Assembly (NCBI GenBank): GCA_030606215.1
Contig: JAUWGW010000007.1
Location: forward strand, 1,615-65,614
DNA from: a bacterium
GTDB taxonomy: Bacteria > NPL-UPA2 > JAUVJM01
DNA: 64,000 bases
Reading direction: 5' to 3'
The position numbers were made by a program, and so were the translations under genes. The notes under the pieces are model-generated. The model had not been told where the DNA came from. It worked only from the letters and a program-made list of their open reading frames with translations, and did no database searches. Below, piece after piece: positions 10,335 to 19,529 of the stretch; the stretch's first letter is position 1, and the number at the start of each line of letters is the position of its first letter.

Positions 10335-11534
10335 GTGATGAGGGAACATACCTTCACGACGGTAGGAGAGGTAAAACGGAAGAAAGGAGAGATTCCAGAA
10401 ATAGGGATTGCAGTAATAGGATTCGGCTTTATGGGGAAGGCTCATCTCAATGCTTATAAGAAAATTCCTTATATCTATTGGCCTCCGGTGGTAAAGATTA
10501 ATTTAAAGAAGTTATGCGGAATTCCTGAGGAACAGGTTAAAGAGAATCAGATCAGGTATGGATTTAAAGAATACACCACTGATTGGAAAGAACTAATTAA
10601 AGATGAAGGTATTCAAGTTTTTGATAACTGTGGACCAACAAATCTACATAAAGAACCCTGCATAGAAGCAGCAAAAGCAGGTAAGAATATCTTTTGTGAA
10701 AAGCCTTTAGGGAGAAATGCAGGAGAAGCTAAGGAAATGCTGGATGCAGTTGAGAAAGTTGGGGTCAAGCATATGTGTGGGTTTAATTACCGTTTTGTTC
10801 CCGCAATCAGATTGGCGAAAGATCTGATTGAGAAAGGTGAATTAGGCCAGATTTATCATTTTAGAGCCCGTTATTTACAGGAATGGATTGCTGACCCTAA
10901 CTTTCCCTTTGTCTGGCGGTTAAGTAAGAAAGTATCCGGTAGTGGTGCTCTTGGTGATCTGGGAGCTCATTCTATAGATTTAGCAAGATTTCTCATAGGA
11001 GAACCAAAATCAGTTATGGGAATAACCAAAACATTTGTTAAGGAAAGACCAAAAGCAGAAGGTTCAAGAGAAAAGATGCCAGTTGATGTTGATGATGCAG
11101 TGGCAGTAGCTATTGAATTTGAAAATGGGGCAATAGGGACTTTAGAAGCTTCGCGTTTCTGTCCGGGTAAAAAGAGTCAGAATATATTTGAGATTAATGG
11201 TTCAAAAGGAAGTCTTTCCTGGGATATGTTACGCTTAAACGAGCTACAGTTCTATTCTACAAAAGATGAGGCTAAAGGTATAGGAGGAAGTAGAACAATT
11301 TCAGTAACAGAATCTTTCCACCCTTTTTATAAAGAATGGTGGCCACATGGTCATATCATTGGCTGGGAGCATACAACTATCCATGAAATAAAACACTTTT
11401 TAGAAGCGGTAGTTAAAGGAGAAGAGATATCTCCTTATGGAGCTACTTTTGAGGATGGTTATAAGTGTGCGGTTATCTGTGATGCTATTTTAGAATCAGC
11501 AGAAACCGGAAAAAGAATAGAAATCGGATATTGA
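10335..11534 (+). CDS. Gfo/Idh/MocA family oxidoreductase
   Basis: IGFGFMGKAH, CEKPL, GFNYRFVPA, GALGDLGAHSID. Confidence 0.92.
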   Translation: MMREHTFTTVGEVKRKKGEIPEIGIAVIGFGFMGKAHLNAYKKIPYIYWPPVVKINLKKLCGIPEEQVKENQIRYGFKEYTTDWKELIKDEGIQVFDNCGPTNLHKEPCIEAAKAGKNIFCEKPLGRNAGEAKEMLDAVEKVGVKHMCGFNYRFVPAIRLAKDLIEKGELGQIYHFRARYLQEWIADPNFPFVWRLSKKVSGSGALGDLGAHSIDLARFLIGEPKSVMGITKTFVKERPKAEGSREKMPVDVDDAVAVAIEFENGAIGTLEASRFCPGKKSQNIFEINGSKGSLSWDMLRLNELQFYSTKDEAKGIGGSRTISVTESFHPFYKEWWPHGHIIGWEHTTIHEIKHFLEAVVKGEEISPYGATFEDGYKCAVICDAILESAETGKRIEIGY

Positions 11535-12769
11535 GAATGAAATCTGAATTAAGTTCACGGGAGCGGTTATTAGGTACTATCAACAGAGAAGAAGTGGACC
11601 ATATTCCTCTTTATTGCTGGTGTTTTGGTTTTACGGCACCTAAACATTTACGCTGGAAGAAAGACGGTAAGGAAGTAGAACATTGGTATACAATGAGATT
11701 GGAACATATCCATGCCCTTCCTCAAGCCTGGGATATTTCTGATGATTTTAAAAGGGTGAAGACGTGGCTGAATTTGGGAATTGATGATATACTGGACGTT
11801 TCTTTTCCATGGAGTATTCATCCAGAGGTTAAAATAAGAGATTGGAATGAAGAAAATATTCTTTGCAGAATTTATGAGACACCAGAAGGAGAGATTCTTC
11901 AGAAAGTTAAGAAGACAGAAGAGAAAATTCCTCCCGGTTGGGTAATCCAGCCAGATAAGCCAAAATTATTTGAAGATTTCAATCTTCCGAGAAGTACAAA
12001 GTTTCCAGTTACAATGAGAGAAGACCTCTCAAAGCTAAAGTATCTATTATGCAAACCAGGTAAAAAGCAGATTGAGGATTATAAAGAAAGAATATCCCTG
12101 GTTAAAAAGTTTGCAGAAAAGAACGGAGTTTTTGTCCAGGGATGGAGTGCTTTTGGGATGGATGCTGTTATATGGCTTATGGGAGTAGAAAATGCAATTA
12201 TGGCTGCAATGACAAAACCAGAGTTTTTTCAGGAATTAGTAGATACTATTTATGATTTTGACCTGATGCGAACAGAAATGATGCTTGATTTCGGGGAAGT
12301 TGATATGATTGTACAGAGGGGATGGTATAGCTCTACTGATTTCTGGTCTCCGGAATTATTCAAAAAATATGTTCTTCCTAACTTGAAGAAACTTGTAAAA
12401 CTGGTGCATGAGAAAGGTTTAAAATTTGGTTATGTAATGACTACAGGAGTTATGGATATGCTTGAGGATTTATCTGAATCCGGAATTGATCTCTTATATT
12501 TTGTTGATCCTGAACAGGATAAACTTGATTTGAAGATCTTCAAAGAAAAATTGAATGGTAGGTTTGCAGTAGCTGGTGGCATAAATAGCAGTATTACCTT
12601 AGGTAGAGGGGAAAAAGAAGAAATAGAGAGCAAGGTGAAAGGTGCAATGGAAATTTTTGGTAAAAAAGGGTTCATTCTTTCTCCTGTAGATGCGCTTTTC
12701 CCGGATACTCCCTCGGAAAAAGTAAAGGTTATGATTGATACATGGAGAGAAATAAATGATTTCCAATGA
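11531..12769 (+). CDS. Uroporphyrinogen decarboxylase-fold protein, function unknown
   Basis: SSRERLL N-terminus, WSPELFKKYVLP, AGGI, GFILSP C-terminal pattern. Confidence 0.75.
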   Translation: MRMKSELSSRERLLGTINREEVDHIPLYCWCFGFTAPKHLRWKKDGKEVEHWYTMRLEHIHALPQAWDISDDFKRVKTWLNLGIDDILDVSFPWSIHPEVKIRDWNEENILCRIYETPEGEILQKVKKTEEKIPPGWVIQPDKPKLFEDFNLPRSTKFPVTMREDLSKLKYLLCKPGKKQIEDYKERISLVKKFAEKNGVFVQGWSAFGMDAVIWLMGVENAIMAAMTKPEFFQELVDTIYDFDLMRTEMMLDFGEVDMIVQRGWYSSTDFWSPELFKKYVLPNLKKLVKLVHEKGLKFGYVMTTGVMDMLEDLSESGIDLLYFVDPEQDKLDLKIFKEKLNGRFAVAGGINSSITLGRGEKEEIESKVKGAMEIFGKKGFILSPVDALFPDTPSEKVKVMIDTWREINDFQ

Positions 12770-14207
12770 AAGACCAAAGGTTGGGCTCCTTTTACTCACT
12801 GCTGAATGGTTCACCCAGATAGGAGCAAGCAAAGGTTATTATAAGGAACTTCCCAAATTGATTGATGAGGATGCTATTAAAATAAATAAAATCCTGAAAG
12901 AAGAGCTAAACATAGTTAATCCAGGAATAGTAAACTCCAGGGAAAAGGTTAAGAAAGCGACAGAACTTTTTAAGAGAGAAAATATTGACCTGTTAATCAT
13001 CTGCTATCTTACCTGGGGAGAGGATAGATTAATAATTGAAGTCATAGAAAAACTCTCAGGAATCCCTATTCTTCTCTGGTGTTATTCTCCTTTTCAAAAA
13101 CTTCCTGAAACAATGAATATGCTTGACCTTTTCAGGAGTAGTGGACCTGTTGGAACAGTCCAGGCAAGTGGACCTTTAAAAAGGATGGGAAAAAGTTTCG
13201 GTTTTGCTTTTGGCTCATACAAAAACAAAGAGACTATTAGAAAAATAGTTGATTATAGCAAAGCAGCAAAATTAGCAAAAGACCTCAAGAAAGTAACTGT
13301 TGGGCTCCTGCCTTATAGATGTGATGCAATGACAGGGACGTATGTTGATGAATTCAGATTGAAGAAAGAGATTGGGCCAGAGATAAGATATATTTCAGTT
13401 AAGGAGTATTATTCAATCAGTCAGGAAATTCCCGCGAAAAAAATAGAAGAATATGTAAAAGAGCTAAAAGAGAATTACAAGATCTCTGGAGTAAATGACA
13501 GAGCTCTATTTAAAGGTGCAAGAGCCTCATTGGGATTGGCTGAAGTTGTAAATAGATTCGGATTGGATGCTTTAGCTATTCAGGATTTAGCAGAGGAACT
13601 TCATAAAACAATTGGTCTCAGGCCTTGTCTCTATGTACCTTCTCTGTTTGAAAAAGCAGTAGTAAGTATGGAAGCAGAAATAGGAGGAGCAGTTGCCCTT
13701 TTAATCTTAAAGAAACTGACTGATAAGCCACCTATGTATACAGAAATCTTTACATTTGACGAAGAAGAGAATACCATTTTAGCAGGTCATGCTGGCATCC
13801 ATGATGTAAATTTAGCGGAGAAAAGAGCTGATATAGCAATTACGCCTGATGCCGAATATATGGAAACAGAGCTTGAGACATGCTGGATGCAGTTCAGAGC
13901 TAAAGGGGGAGAAGTAACTTTACTCAGCCTATTCTGTGATGTAGATAAATTCAAAATGGTAATTTCTTCGGGAAATGCTCTGAGTGGTAAGGAAAAACTC
14001 CACGGCTCGCCTCATATCTATATTAAACTAAAAACCCCCTTAAAAGAATTTTTTGAAAAAATAGTCAAAACTGGAATGACACAGCACTGGGCAATTGTCC
14101 ATGAAAATGTGGTTAATCAATTAGAATACTTAGCTGATATCCTTAACCTGGATAAACTTATTATAGAAGAGTGGAACCTATTGAGATATCCTGGTTCAAA
14201 TAGATAA
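12756..14207 (+). CDS. L-fucose/L-arabinose isomerase-like protein
   Basis: SMEAE, AGHAG and GMTQHWAIV match the metal-ligand regions of the family by pattern; substrate unknown. Confidence 0.65.
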   Translation: MISNERPKVGLLLLTAEWFTQIGASKGYYKELPKLIDEDAIKINKILKEELNIVNPGIVNSREKVKKATELFKRENIDLLIICYLTWGEDRLIIEVIEKLSGIPILLWCYSPFQKLPETMNMLDLFRSSGPVGTVQASGPLKRMGKSFGFAFGSYKNKETIRKIVDYSKAAKLAKDLKKVTVGLLPYRCDAMTGTYVDEFRLKKEIGPEIRYISVKEYYSISQEIPAKKIEEYVKELKENYKISGVNDRALFKGARASLGLAEVVNRFGLDALAIQDLAEELHKTIGLRPCLYVPSLFEKAVVSMEAEIGGAVALLILKKLTDKPPMYTEIFTFDEEENTILAGHAGIHDVNLAEKRADIAITPDAEYMETELETCWMQFRAKGGEVTLLSLFCDVDKFKMVISSGNALSGKEKLHGSPHIYIKLKTPLKEFFEKIVKTGMTQHWAIVHENVVNQLEYLADILNLDKLIIEEWNLLRYPGSNR

Positions 14208-14269
14208 CACACAACTAAAAATTGTAACTGAGATGAAAAGTAAAAAAGGAGTAAAAAAGGAGTTTGTAA

Positions 14270-14304
14270 TTGACATATGTATAATTAGGTGTATAATTTA
14301 TACA
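14270..14304 (+). promoter_or_regulatory. Sigma70-type promoter with overlapping palindromic operator for mazEF
   Basis: TTGACA (14270-75), 16 bp spacer, TATAAT (14292-97); palindrome TGTATAA-T-TTATACA (14290-14304) covers the -10. Confidence 0.75.
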
Positions 14305-14317
14305 GGAGGTGTTGTGC

Positions 14318-14539
14318 ATGAAAAGGCTTAATATAACTATACCTAATACTTTAGCTGAAAGAATGAAGGACGTTCCTAATAAGAGCGGTCTTATTACTGA
14401 GGCTTTACAGGAAAAACTCCGGAGGATTGAGAAGGAAAAGTTAGATAGACTTTTAGTAGAAGGATATAGAGCAACGAGAAAGGAAGATAAAGCGATGGAT
14501 GAGGGATGGGAGAAAATAACTCTTGAAGGATGGAAATAG
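14318..14539 (+). CDS. mazE: RHH-type antitoxin (MazE/NdoAI-like)
   Basis: MKRLNITIP...NKSGLITEAL RHH pattern, EGY motif; abuts the toxin gene. Confidence 0.75.
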   Translation: MKRLNITIPNTLAERMKDVPNKSGLITEALQEKLRRIEKEKLDRLLVEGYRATRKEDKAMDEGWEKITLEGWK

Positions 14540-14884
14540 ATGGATTTTCCTGAAAGGGGTGAAATCTACCTTGTTTCCATGGAACCTGTGATTGGTTCAG
14601 AGACAGGTAAGACCAGACCCGCCTTGGTAATCTCCAATAATAGAAATAATGAGTTTGCTGATACAGTTACCGTTCTTCCCATTACTTCCAAAACGGCAAA
14701 AGTCTATCCATTTGAGGTGCTTCTGCATAAGGAAGAATCAGGACTGCACAAAGATTCCAAAATCAAATGCAATCAGATTAGGACATTGGATAATAAGAGA
14801 CTTATCAAATGTTTAGGCTATCTGACGAATTCGAAATTAATGGAGGCAGAAAAAGCTCTTTTGATTCATTTAGAGATTGGCTAA
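14540..14884 (+). CDS. mazF: PemK/MazF family endoribonuclease toxin
   Basis: RGEIY, GSETGKTRPALVIS, PITS, QIRTLD motifs. Confidence 0.93.
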   Translation: MDFPERGEIYLVSMEPVIGSETGKTRPALVISNNRNNEFADTVTVLPITSKTAKVYPFEVLLHKEESGLHKDSKIKCNQIRTLDNKRLIKCLGYLTNSKLMEAEKALLIHLEIG

Positions 14885-14894
14885 TTATTTACTT

Positions 14895-15509
14895 ATGATT
14901 CATGGTATCTACGCTATAATTGATTTGAAACTTGTTCGAGGAGACCTTTGTGAGGTAACAGGAGATATTATTGAGGGGGGGGCAGGTATTATTCAACTTC
15001 GGGCGAAGGAAGCTTCTACAAAAGAATTTTTGGAAGCAGGGGCTGAGGTGAAGAAACTCTGTGAAGGGGAAGTGCTCTTTATCATAAATGACAGGGTGGA
15101 CGTTGCACTTGCGCTTGATTCAGATGGGGTGCATCTCGGGCAGGATGATATGCCTGCAAATGTTGCAAGGGATATTCTCGGTAGTGGAAAGATAATCGGG
15201 TGTTCAGTTCATTCTATTGAAGAAGCAAGAATGGCGAATGAGGAAAGTCCAGATTATATCGGAGTAGGTTCTGTATTTTTCACAAGCACGAAAACAGGTG
15301 TTTCTCCCGTTGGAATAGAGCTGATTAGAAAAATAAAAGAGGAGATTGATATACCTGTTGTCGCGATAGGCGGGATAAATGAAGGGAATATTGCTGAGGT
15401 TATTTCTGCGGGAGCTGACGCAGTAGCTGTTTGCTCTGCAATCCTCTCTTCGGATGATGTTAGAGCGGCAACAGAGGGACTTGTATCAATTTTTAAGAAA
15501 GCCTCATAA
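14895..15509 (+). CDS. thiE: Thiamine phosphate synthase
   Basis: QLRAK, INDRVDVA, GVHLGQDD, AIGGI motifs; ATG 14895 chosen as start. Confidence 0.93.
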   Translation: MIHGIYAIIDLKLVRGDLCEVTGDIIEGGAGIIQLRAKEASTKEFLEAGAEVKKLCEGEVLFIINDRVDVALALDSDGVHLGQDDMPANVARDILGSGKIIGCSVHSIEEARMANEESPDYIGVGSVFFTSTKTGVSPVGIELIRKIKEEIDIPVVAIGGINEGNIAEVISAGADAVAVCSAILSSDDVRAATEGLVSIFKKAS

Positions 15510-15560
15510 ATGAGGCGACTACATCTTAATAACGTTCTGTAGTTGCTCGATTTATCGAGC
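15501..15560. repeat. Divergent pair of GTAG-type REP-like palindromes
   Basis: Minus strand GTAGTCGCCTCATTTATGAGGC (15501-15522, contains the thiE stop) and plus strand GTAGTTGCTCGATTTATCGAGC (15539-15560) share a scaffold with compensatory stem changes. Confidence 0.7.
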
Positions 15561-15585
15561 TAAGGAGTTTATACTTGGAGAAGAA

Positions 15586-16893
15586 ATGACTCAGATTCTT
15601 TCTGCAAGACGCGGCAATATAACCCGGGAAATGAAGCGGGTGGCAAAGAATGAGAAGGCGGCACTTGATAAAATTATCCAGGGGTTAACAGATGGGACTT
15701 TAATCATACTTGCTAATAGAAACCATAAAGGAGTTACTCCCATTGGAATTGGAAAGGGGCTCAGAACCAAGGTAAATACAAATATAGGGACATCGCAGGA
15801 TAAGGTTTCTCTCAGAGAAGAACTTAAAAAGTTAAAGGTTGCAATAAAAGCGGGAACTGATACTGTGATGGACCTGAGCACAGGTGGAAATCTTGATAGA
15901 ATCAGGAGAAAAATTCTTGAGAATTGCTCTCTTCCGCTTGGAACGGTTCCGGTTTACCAAGCTGCAGTGGAGGCTGCGAGGAAGAAGAAAGCATTGGCAA
16001 ATATGGAGAAAGACGATATATTTTCTGTTATAGAGAAGCAGGTATCTGAAGGTGTAGATTTTGTAACTGTTCACTGCGGGTTGACAAGGGATGCTCTTGA
16101 ACGAATAAGGAGGGAAGGCAGGATTACGAATGTTGTAAGTCGTGGCGGGGCATTCCTCATTGAGTGGATGATATACAGGGACAAGGAAAACCCGCTTTAT
16201 GAGGATTATGACCGCCTGCTTGAAATAGCAAAGAAGTACGATGCTGTCTTGAGTCTTGGCGATGGTATGAGACCCGGGTGTATTGCTGATGCTACTGACA
16301 GAGCCCAGGTTCAGGAGTTAATCCTTCTCGGTGAACTTGCCGGGATGGCACTTGAAGCGGGAGTTCAGGTAATGATTGAGGGCCCCGGGCATATACCAGT
16401 TCATGAAATCCAGGCAAATGTCCTCCTTGAAAAATCACTCTGTCACGGCGCACCATTTTATGTGCTGGGTCCTCTTGTAACTGATATCGCACCTGGATAC
16501 GACCATATAACTTCAGCTATAGGTGGAGCAATTGCCGCGTCCAGCGGGGCTGATTTCCTCTGCTATGTAACTCCTTCGGAGCATCTTAGACTGCCAACAA
16601 CAGAAGATGTTAGGGAAGGGGTAATTGCAACGAGAATTGCCGCACATGCGGCTGATATTGCAAAAGGAGTTCCCGGAGCATTTCAAAAGGACCTTGAACT
16701 TTCAAGAATGCGCGAGAAGAGAAACTGGAGCAAACAATTAAAATTTGCTATTGACCCTGTGAGAGCACGGAGGTACAGAAGAGAGGATTTGCCTCACAAC
16801 GGAGATGTCTGCACAATGTGCGGACAGTACTGCGCTATCAAGAAAGTGGAAGCTTTCTTCCGGCAGCATAAACGAAGGAGAGTAAAGTCATAG
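15586..16893 (+). CDS. thiC: Phosphomethylpyrimidine synthase
   Basis: KVNTNIGTS, MDLSTGG, SRGG, EGPGH, PGYDH, CTMCGQYC Fe-S motif; adjacent to thiE. Confidence 0.92.
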   Translation: MTQILSARRGNITREMKRVAKNEKAALDKIIQGLTDGTLIILANRNHKGVTPIGIGKGLRTKVNTNIGTSQDKVSLREELKKLKVAIKAGTDTVMDLSTGGNLDRIRRKILENCSLPLGTVPVYQAAVEAARKKKALANMEKDDIFSVIEKQVSEGVDFVTVHCGLTRDALERIRREGRITNVVSRGGAFLIEWMIYRDKENPLYEDYDRLLEIAKKYDAVLSLGDGMRPGCIADATDRAQVQELILLGELAGMALEAGVQVMIEGPGHIPVHEIQANVLLEKSLCHGAPFYVLGPLVTDIAPGYDHITSAIGGAIAASSGADFLCYVTPSEHLRLPTTEDVREGVIATRIAAHAADIAKGVPGAFQKDLELSRMREKRNWSKQLKFAIDPVRARRYRREDLPHNGDVCTMCGQYCAIKKVEAFFRQHKRRRVKS

Positions 16894-18352
16894 CAAGTAT
16901 CAGCTTGGCAAAGATATCTCCGTAGCGTGTATAGAATGTTTTTCTTGATGCGGGGGAAAGTTCTCCAATTAGAACACCAACTCTGTTATAGTCCAGATTT
17001 TTTTCTATCGTGCCTATCGGATTGATTACCCGGGACACTCCTGAATTACCTACTCTTACAAAATAGGTATGGTTCTCCACTGCGCGAAAAGTTGCAATGC
17101 TTGCATGCTGGTAGTGGGAGGTTTTACTGTGAGACCAGGCATCGTTTGTTATATTGACGAGGAAATCTGCTCCCTCATTAACAAATCTGCGTGTTAAATC
17201 TCCGAATATTCCTTCAAAACAGATTAAAACGGAAAACTTTGCGCTTTTGCGAAAATTCCCTCTTCCGGGGATTTCAAAAATTGTATACTTTTCTCCAGGT
17301 GTAAAATCTCCTGCCTCTTGAAGCAAATATTCAAGTAGTTTGCTGTGCCTCCAGAATGGGAAATATTCTCCGGCGGGGACAAGATGGATTTTATCGTACC
17401 TGCCCAGTAGTTTACTGGATGGCGAGATAAGAAAAGCGCTGTTGTAGTCTTTCCCATCACTGCTATATGGAGCACCTGTAAGTAGATACGCGTCAGTTTC
17501 CTTCAAAACCTGTTGAATCTTTCTTCTGAGCCGCTTGTCTCCCTCCTTAATCCTCCCCCCAACTGCAGTCTCGGGCCAGATTATCAAATCAGGATTTTCA
17601 AGTCCTGCTTCGAAACTGAGTGTAGTTAACTTTTCCATTATCATTGAAGAATTTTCATACCATTGGCAATCTGTGCTAAAGTTTGGCTGGATAAGAGCTA
17701 CTCTTATGGGTTCCCTATCTGTCTGAAGGGGTCTTTTTATCATCAGACTACCGTAGGAAATGCACAACCCTAATGCAATCCCAACTACTACCATGATTCT
17801 CAAAGCGCTCTTGGGTCTGTGGAAAGATTTGAAGGCGAGAGCAATGCCAGTGTTGACAAATACAATCAGGAAACTCACGCCGAATACTCCTGTGAATTCT
17901 GCCGTCTGGATAACAGGGAGAAACTTATATTGCGAGTAGCCGAGACTATTCCATGGAAATCCGAGAAAACCGAGAGACCGAATATACTCAAGAGAAGTCC
18001 ACAAGAGTGGTGCAATCCACATCAAAGCTAACGGATTTCTTCCCTTAAGAAATTTGTTTAATCCTAAACAGAAAAAAGCAGGGTAGAAAGAAAGGAGGAA
18101 AACAACAAGTGGCAAAGCCAGTGGATGGTATACGTGCGTCCAGTAGAGCGAGCCGATATTCCAGATAATTCCACATAGGTACCCGAGGAGAAAAGAGTTT
18201 CGCGGGGTTTCTCCTGCAACTCCAAGAAGTAGAGGCACAAGACAAAACCACGCGACTACTTCAAGGTTCAAAAGAGGAAAGGGAAGTATGAGAAGGATTC
18301 CTGAAAACAAAAAGGGGACGGTATAGAACCGTCCCTTTTTTTCACTCCGCAT
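16838..18352 (-). CDS. lnt: Apolipoprotein N-acyltransferase
   Basis: GFPWNSLGYSQ, WPETA, YDKIHLVPAGEY, LICFE, NITNDAW; start approximate. Confidence 0.93.
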   Translation of the reverse strand: MRSEKKGRFYTVPFLFSGILLILPFPLLNLEVVAWFCLVPLLLGVAGETPRNSFLLGYLCGIIWNIGSLYWTHVYHPLALPLVVFLLSFYPAFFCLGLNKFLKGRNPLALMWIAPLLWTSLEYIRSLGFLGFPWNSLGYSQYKFLPVIQTAEFTGVFGVSFLIVFVNTGIALAFKSFHRPKSALRIMVVVGIALGLCISYGSLMIKRPLQTDREPIRVALIQPNFSTDCQWYENSSMIMEKLTTLSFEAGLENPDLIIWPETAVGGRIKEGDKRLRRKIQQVLKETDAYLLTGAPYSSDGKDYNSAFLISPSSKLLGRYDKIHLVPAGEYFPFWRHSKLLEYLLQEAGDFTPGEKYTIFEIPGRGNFRKSAKFSVLICFEGIFGDLTRRFVNEGADFLVNITNDAWSHSKTSHYQHASIATFRAVENHTYFVRVGNSGVSRVINPIGTIEKNLDYNRVGVLIGELSPASRKTFYTRYGDIFAKLILAMTLLSFVYAAGRKLPLS

Positions 18353-19529
18353 CCGCTGAAGTTGTCCCGGTGATGGTGACAGGTGTGCCAACAGGTACGA
18401 GCTTATATAACTCTTCTACATCTCTGTTGTACAATCGGATACAACCGCGCGAGGAATGTTCCCCAACAGTCTCCGGTTGTGTTGTTCCATGAATCCCGTA
18501 GCCAAGTTTATCCAGTCCCATCCAGCATACTCCAAGTATGTTCTTTGGGTGTCCATAAGGATAAATACCATCTTCAGCGTACCATACAGGTTTCAACTGT
18601 TTGTTGACAATCTTGAATGTGCCGGTTGGTGTGCTTCCGAATTTACCTGTTCCGATGGGATATTCTTTGAAGAATCTCCCATTCAACTTAAGAGTCAGTT
18701 TATTTGAATCCGCATCCACATAAATTTCAAAATTCCCGGGAGTAATTTTCAATCTTTTCCCAAATGAGAGTATTACCCCTTTAAGCCTGTTCGCTTGTTT
18801 TATGAGAGCAACGGTGGTGTTAAACTCTTTAGCAATTTTCTCAAGTGTATCACCTTTTTTCACTTCATATATTATGCTGTCTCCTGTGGTTATAGGTGAG
18901 AAAATCAGTTTTATGTCCATAGCTCCAAGTTTTTCTTTTGCTTTTTCAACAATCGGATTTTCTGGATAGGACAGAAGCACTTCTTCATACCTTTTCCTTG
19001 CATCCTCCCATTTTTTGAGTTGCTGGAGGCAGTTCCCGGAACTTACCAGGACTTCAGGAATTACATCAGAATCTCCAAATTCAGATAGTATCCTGTTGTA
19101 GGAACTAATAGCTTTATCATACTCTCCCGCAATTTCTTCTAAGTGTGTGAGCTCATATAAACTTGCAGGATAATATTCACTGTCAGGTTTACCACTGATG
19201 ACTTTCTTCCACAAAACCTTTGCTTTTGAAGGAGCCCCGAGATTATTCAAACAGACTCCACGCAGATAGGCAATCGTCCTCTTGTGAAAACGTGGGTATT
19301 CTTTTGAGGTTTTTTCAAAAATATCGAGTGCGTCTTCAAATTTCTTTTCAGAATAGAGGGATTTCCCTTTTTCAAATCTCTCTTCAACTTTCCTCCCAAT
19401 GGCAATCCTGAGAAAGCTCCCTGCCACAATACCAGCAACAATTAAAAGAACCAGTATTCGTTCCGCCCTTCTGCCTGTGGTGCGTTTTTTCACTTGTTGT
19501 TTAGTAGATTTACCCTTTCTCTTTGCCAA
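18342..19529 (-). CDS. Membrane-anchored TPR-LysM-L,D-transpeptidase (YkuD) protein
   Basis: N-terminal TM helix, TPR-like repeats, LysM YEVKKGDTLEKIAKEF, catalytic GIHGT...SSRGCIRL; RBS aggagg before TTG. Confidence 0.88.
   Translation of the reverse strand: MAKRKGKSTKQQVKKRTTGRRAERILVLLIVAGIVAGSFLRIAIGRKVEERFEKGKSLYSEKKFEDALDIFEKTSKEYPRFHKRTIAYLRGVCLNNLGAPSKAKVLWKKVISGKPDSEYYPASLYELTHLEEIAGEYDKAISSYNRILSEFGDSDVIPEVLVSSGNCLQQLKKWEDARKRYEEVLLSYPENPIVEKAKEKLGAMDIKLIFSPITTGDSIIYEVKKGDTLEKIAKEFNTTVALIKQANRLKGVILSFGKRLKITPGNFEIYVDADSNKLTLKLNGRFFKEYPIGTGKFGSTPTGTFKIVNKQLKPVWYAEDGIYPYGHPKNILGVCWMGLDKLGYGIHGTTQPETVGEHSSRGCIRLYNRDVEELYKLVPVGTPVTITGTTSADAE

Noticed and set aside
14239..14262. Tandem agtaaaaaagg duplication before the mazEF promoter
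   Set aside because: Two low-complexity copies only; likely slippage, not an array.
15586..16893. Possible BzaA/B/F (benzimidazole) paralogue instead of ThiC
   Set aside because: Adjacent to thiE with no cobamide genes nearby; ThiC is the simpler call, though not tested by phylogeny.
17251..17275. Weak hairpin in lnt (EIPGRGNF) as another in-frame insert
   Set aside because: Stem is short and imperfect; cannot be supported without a homologue alignment.
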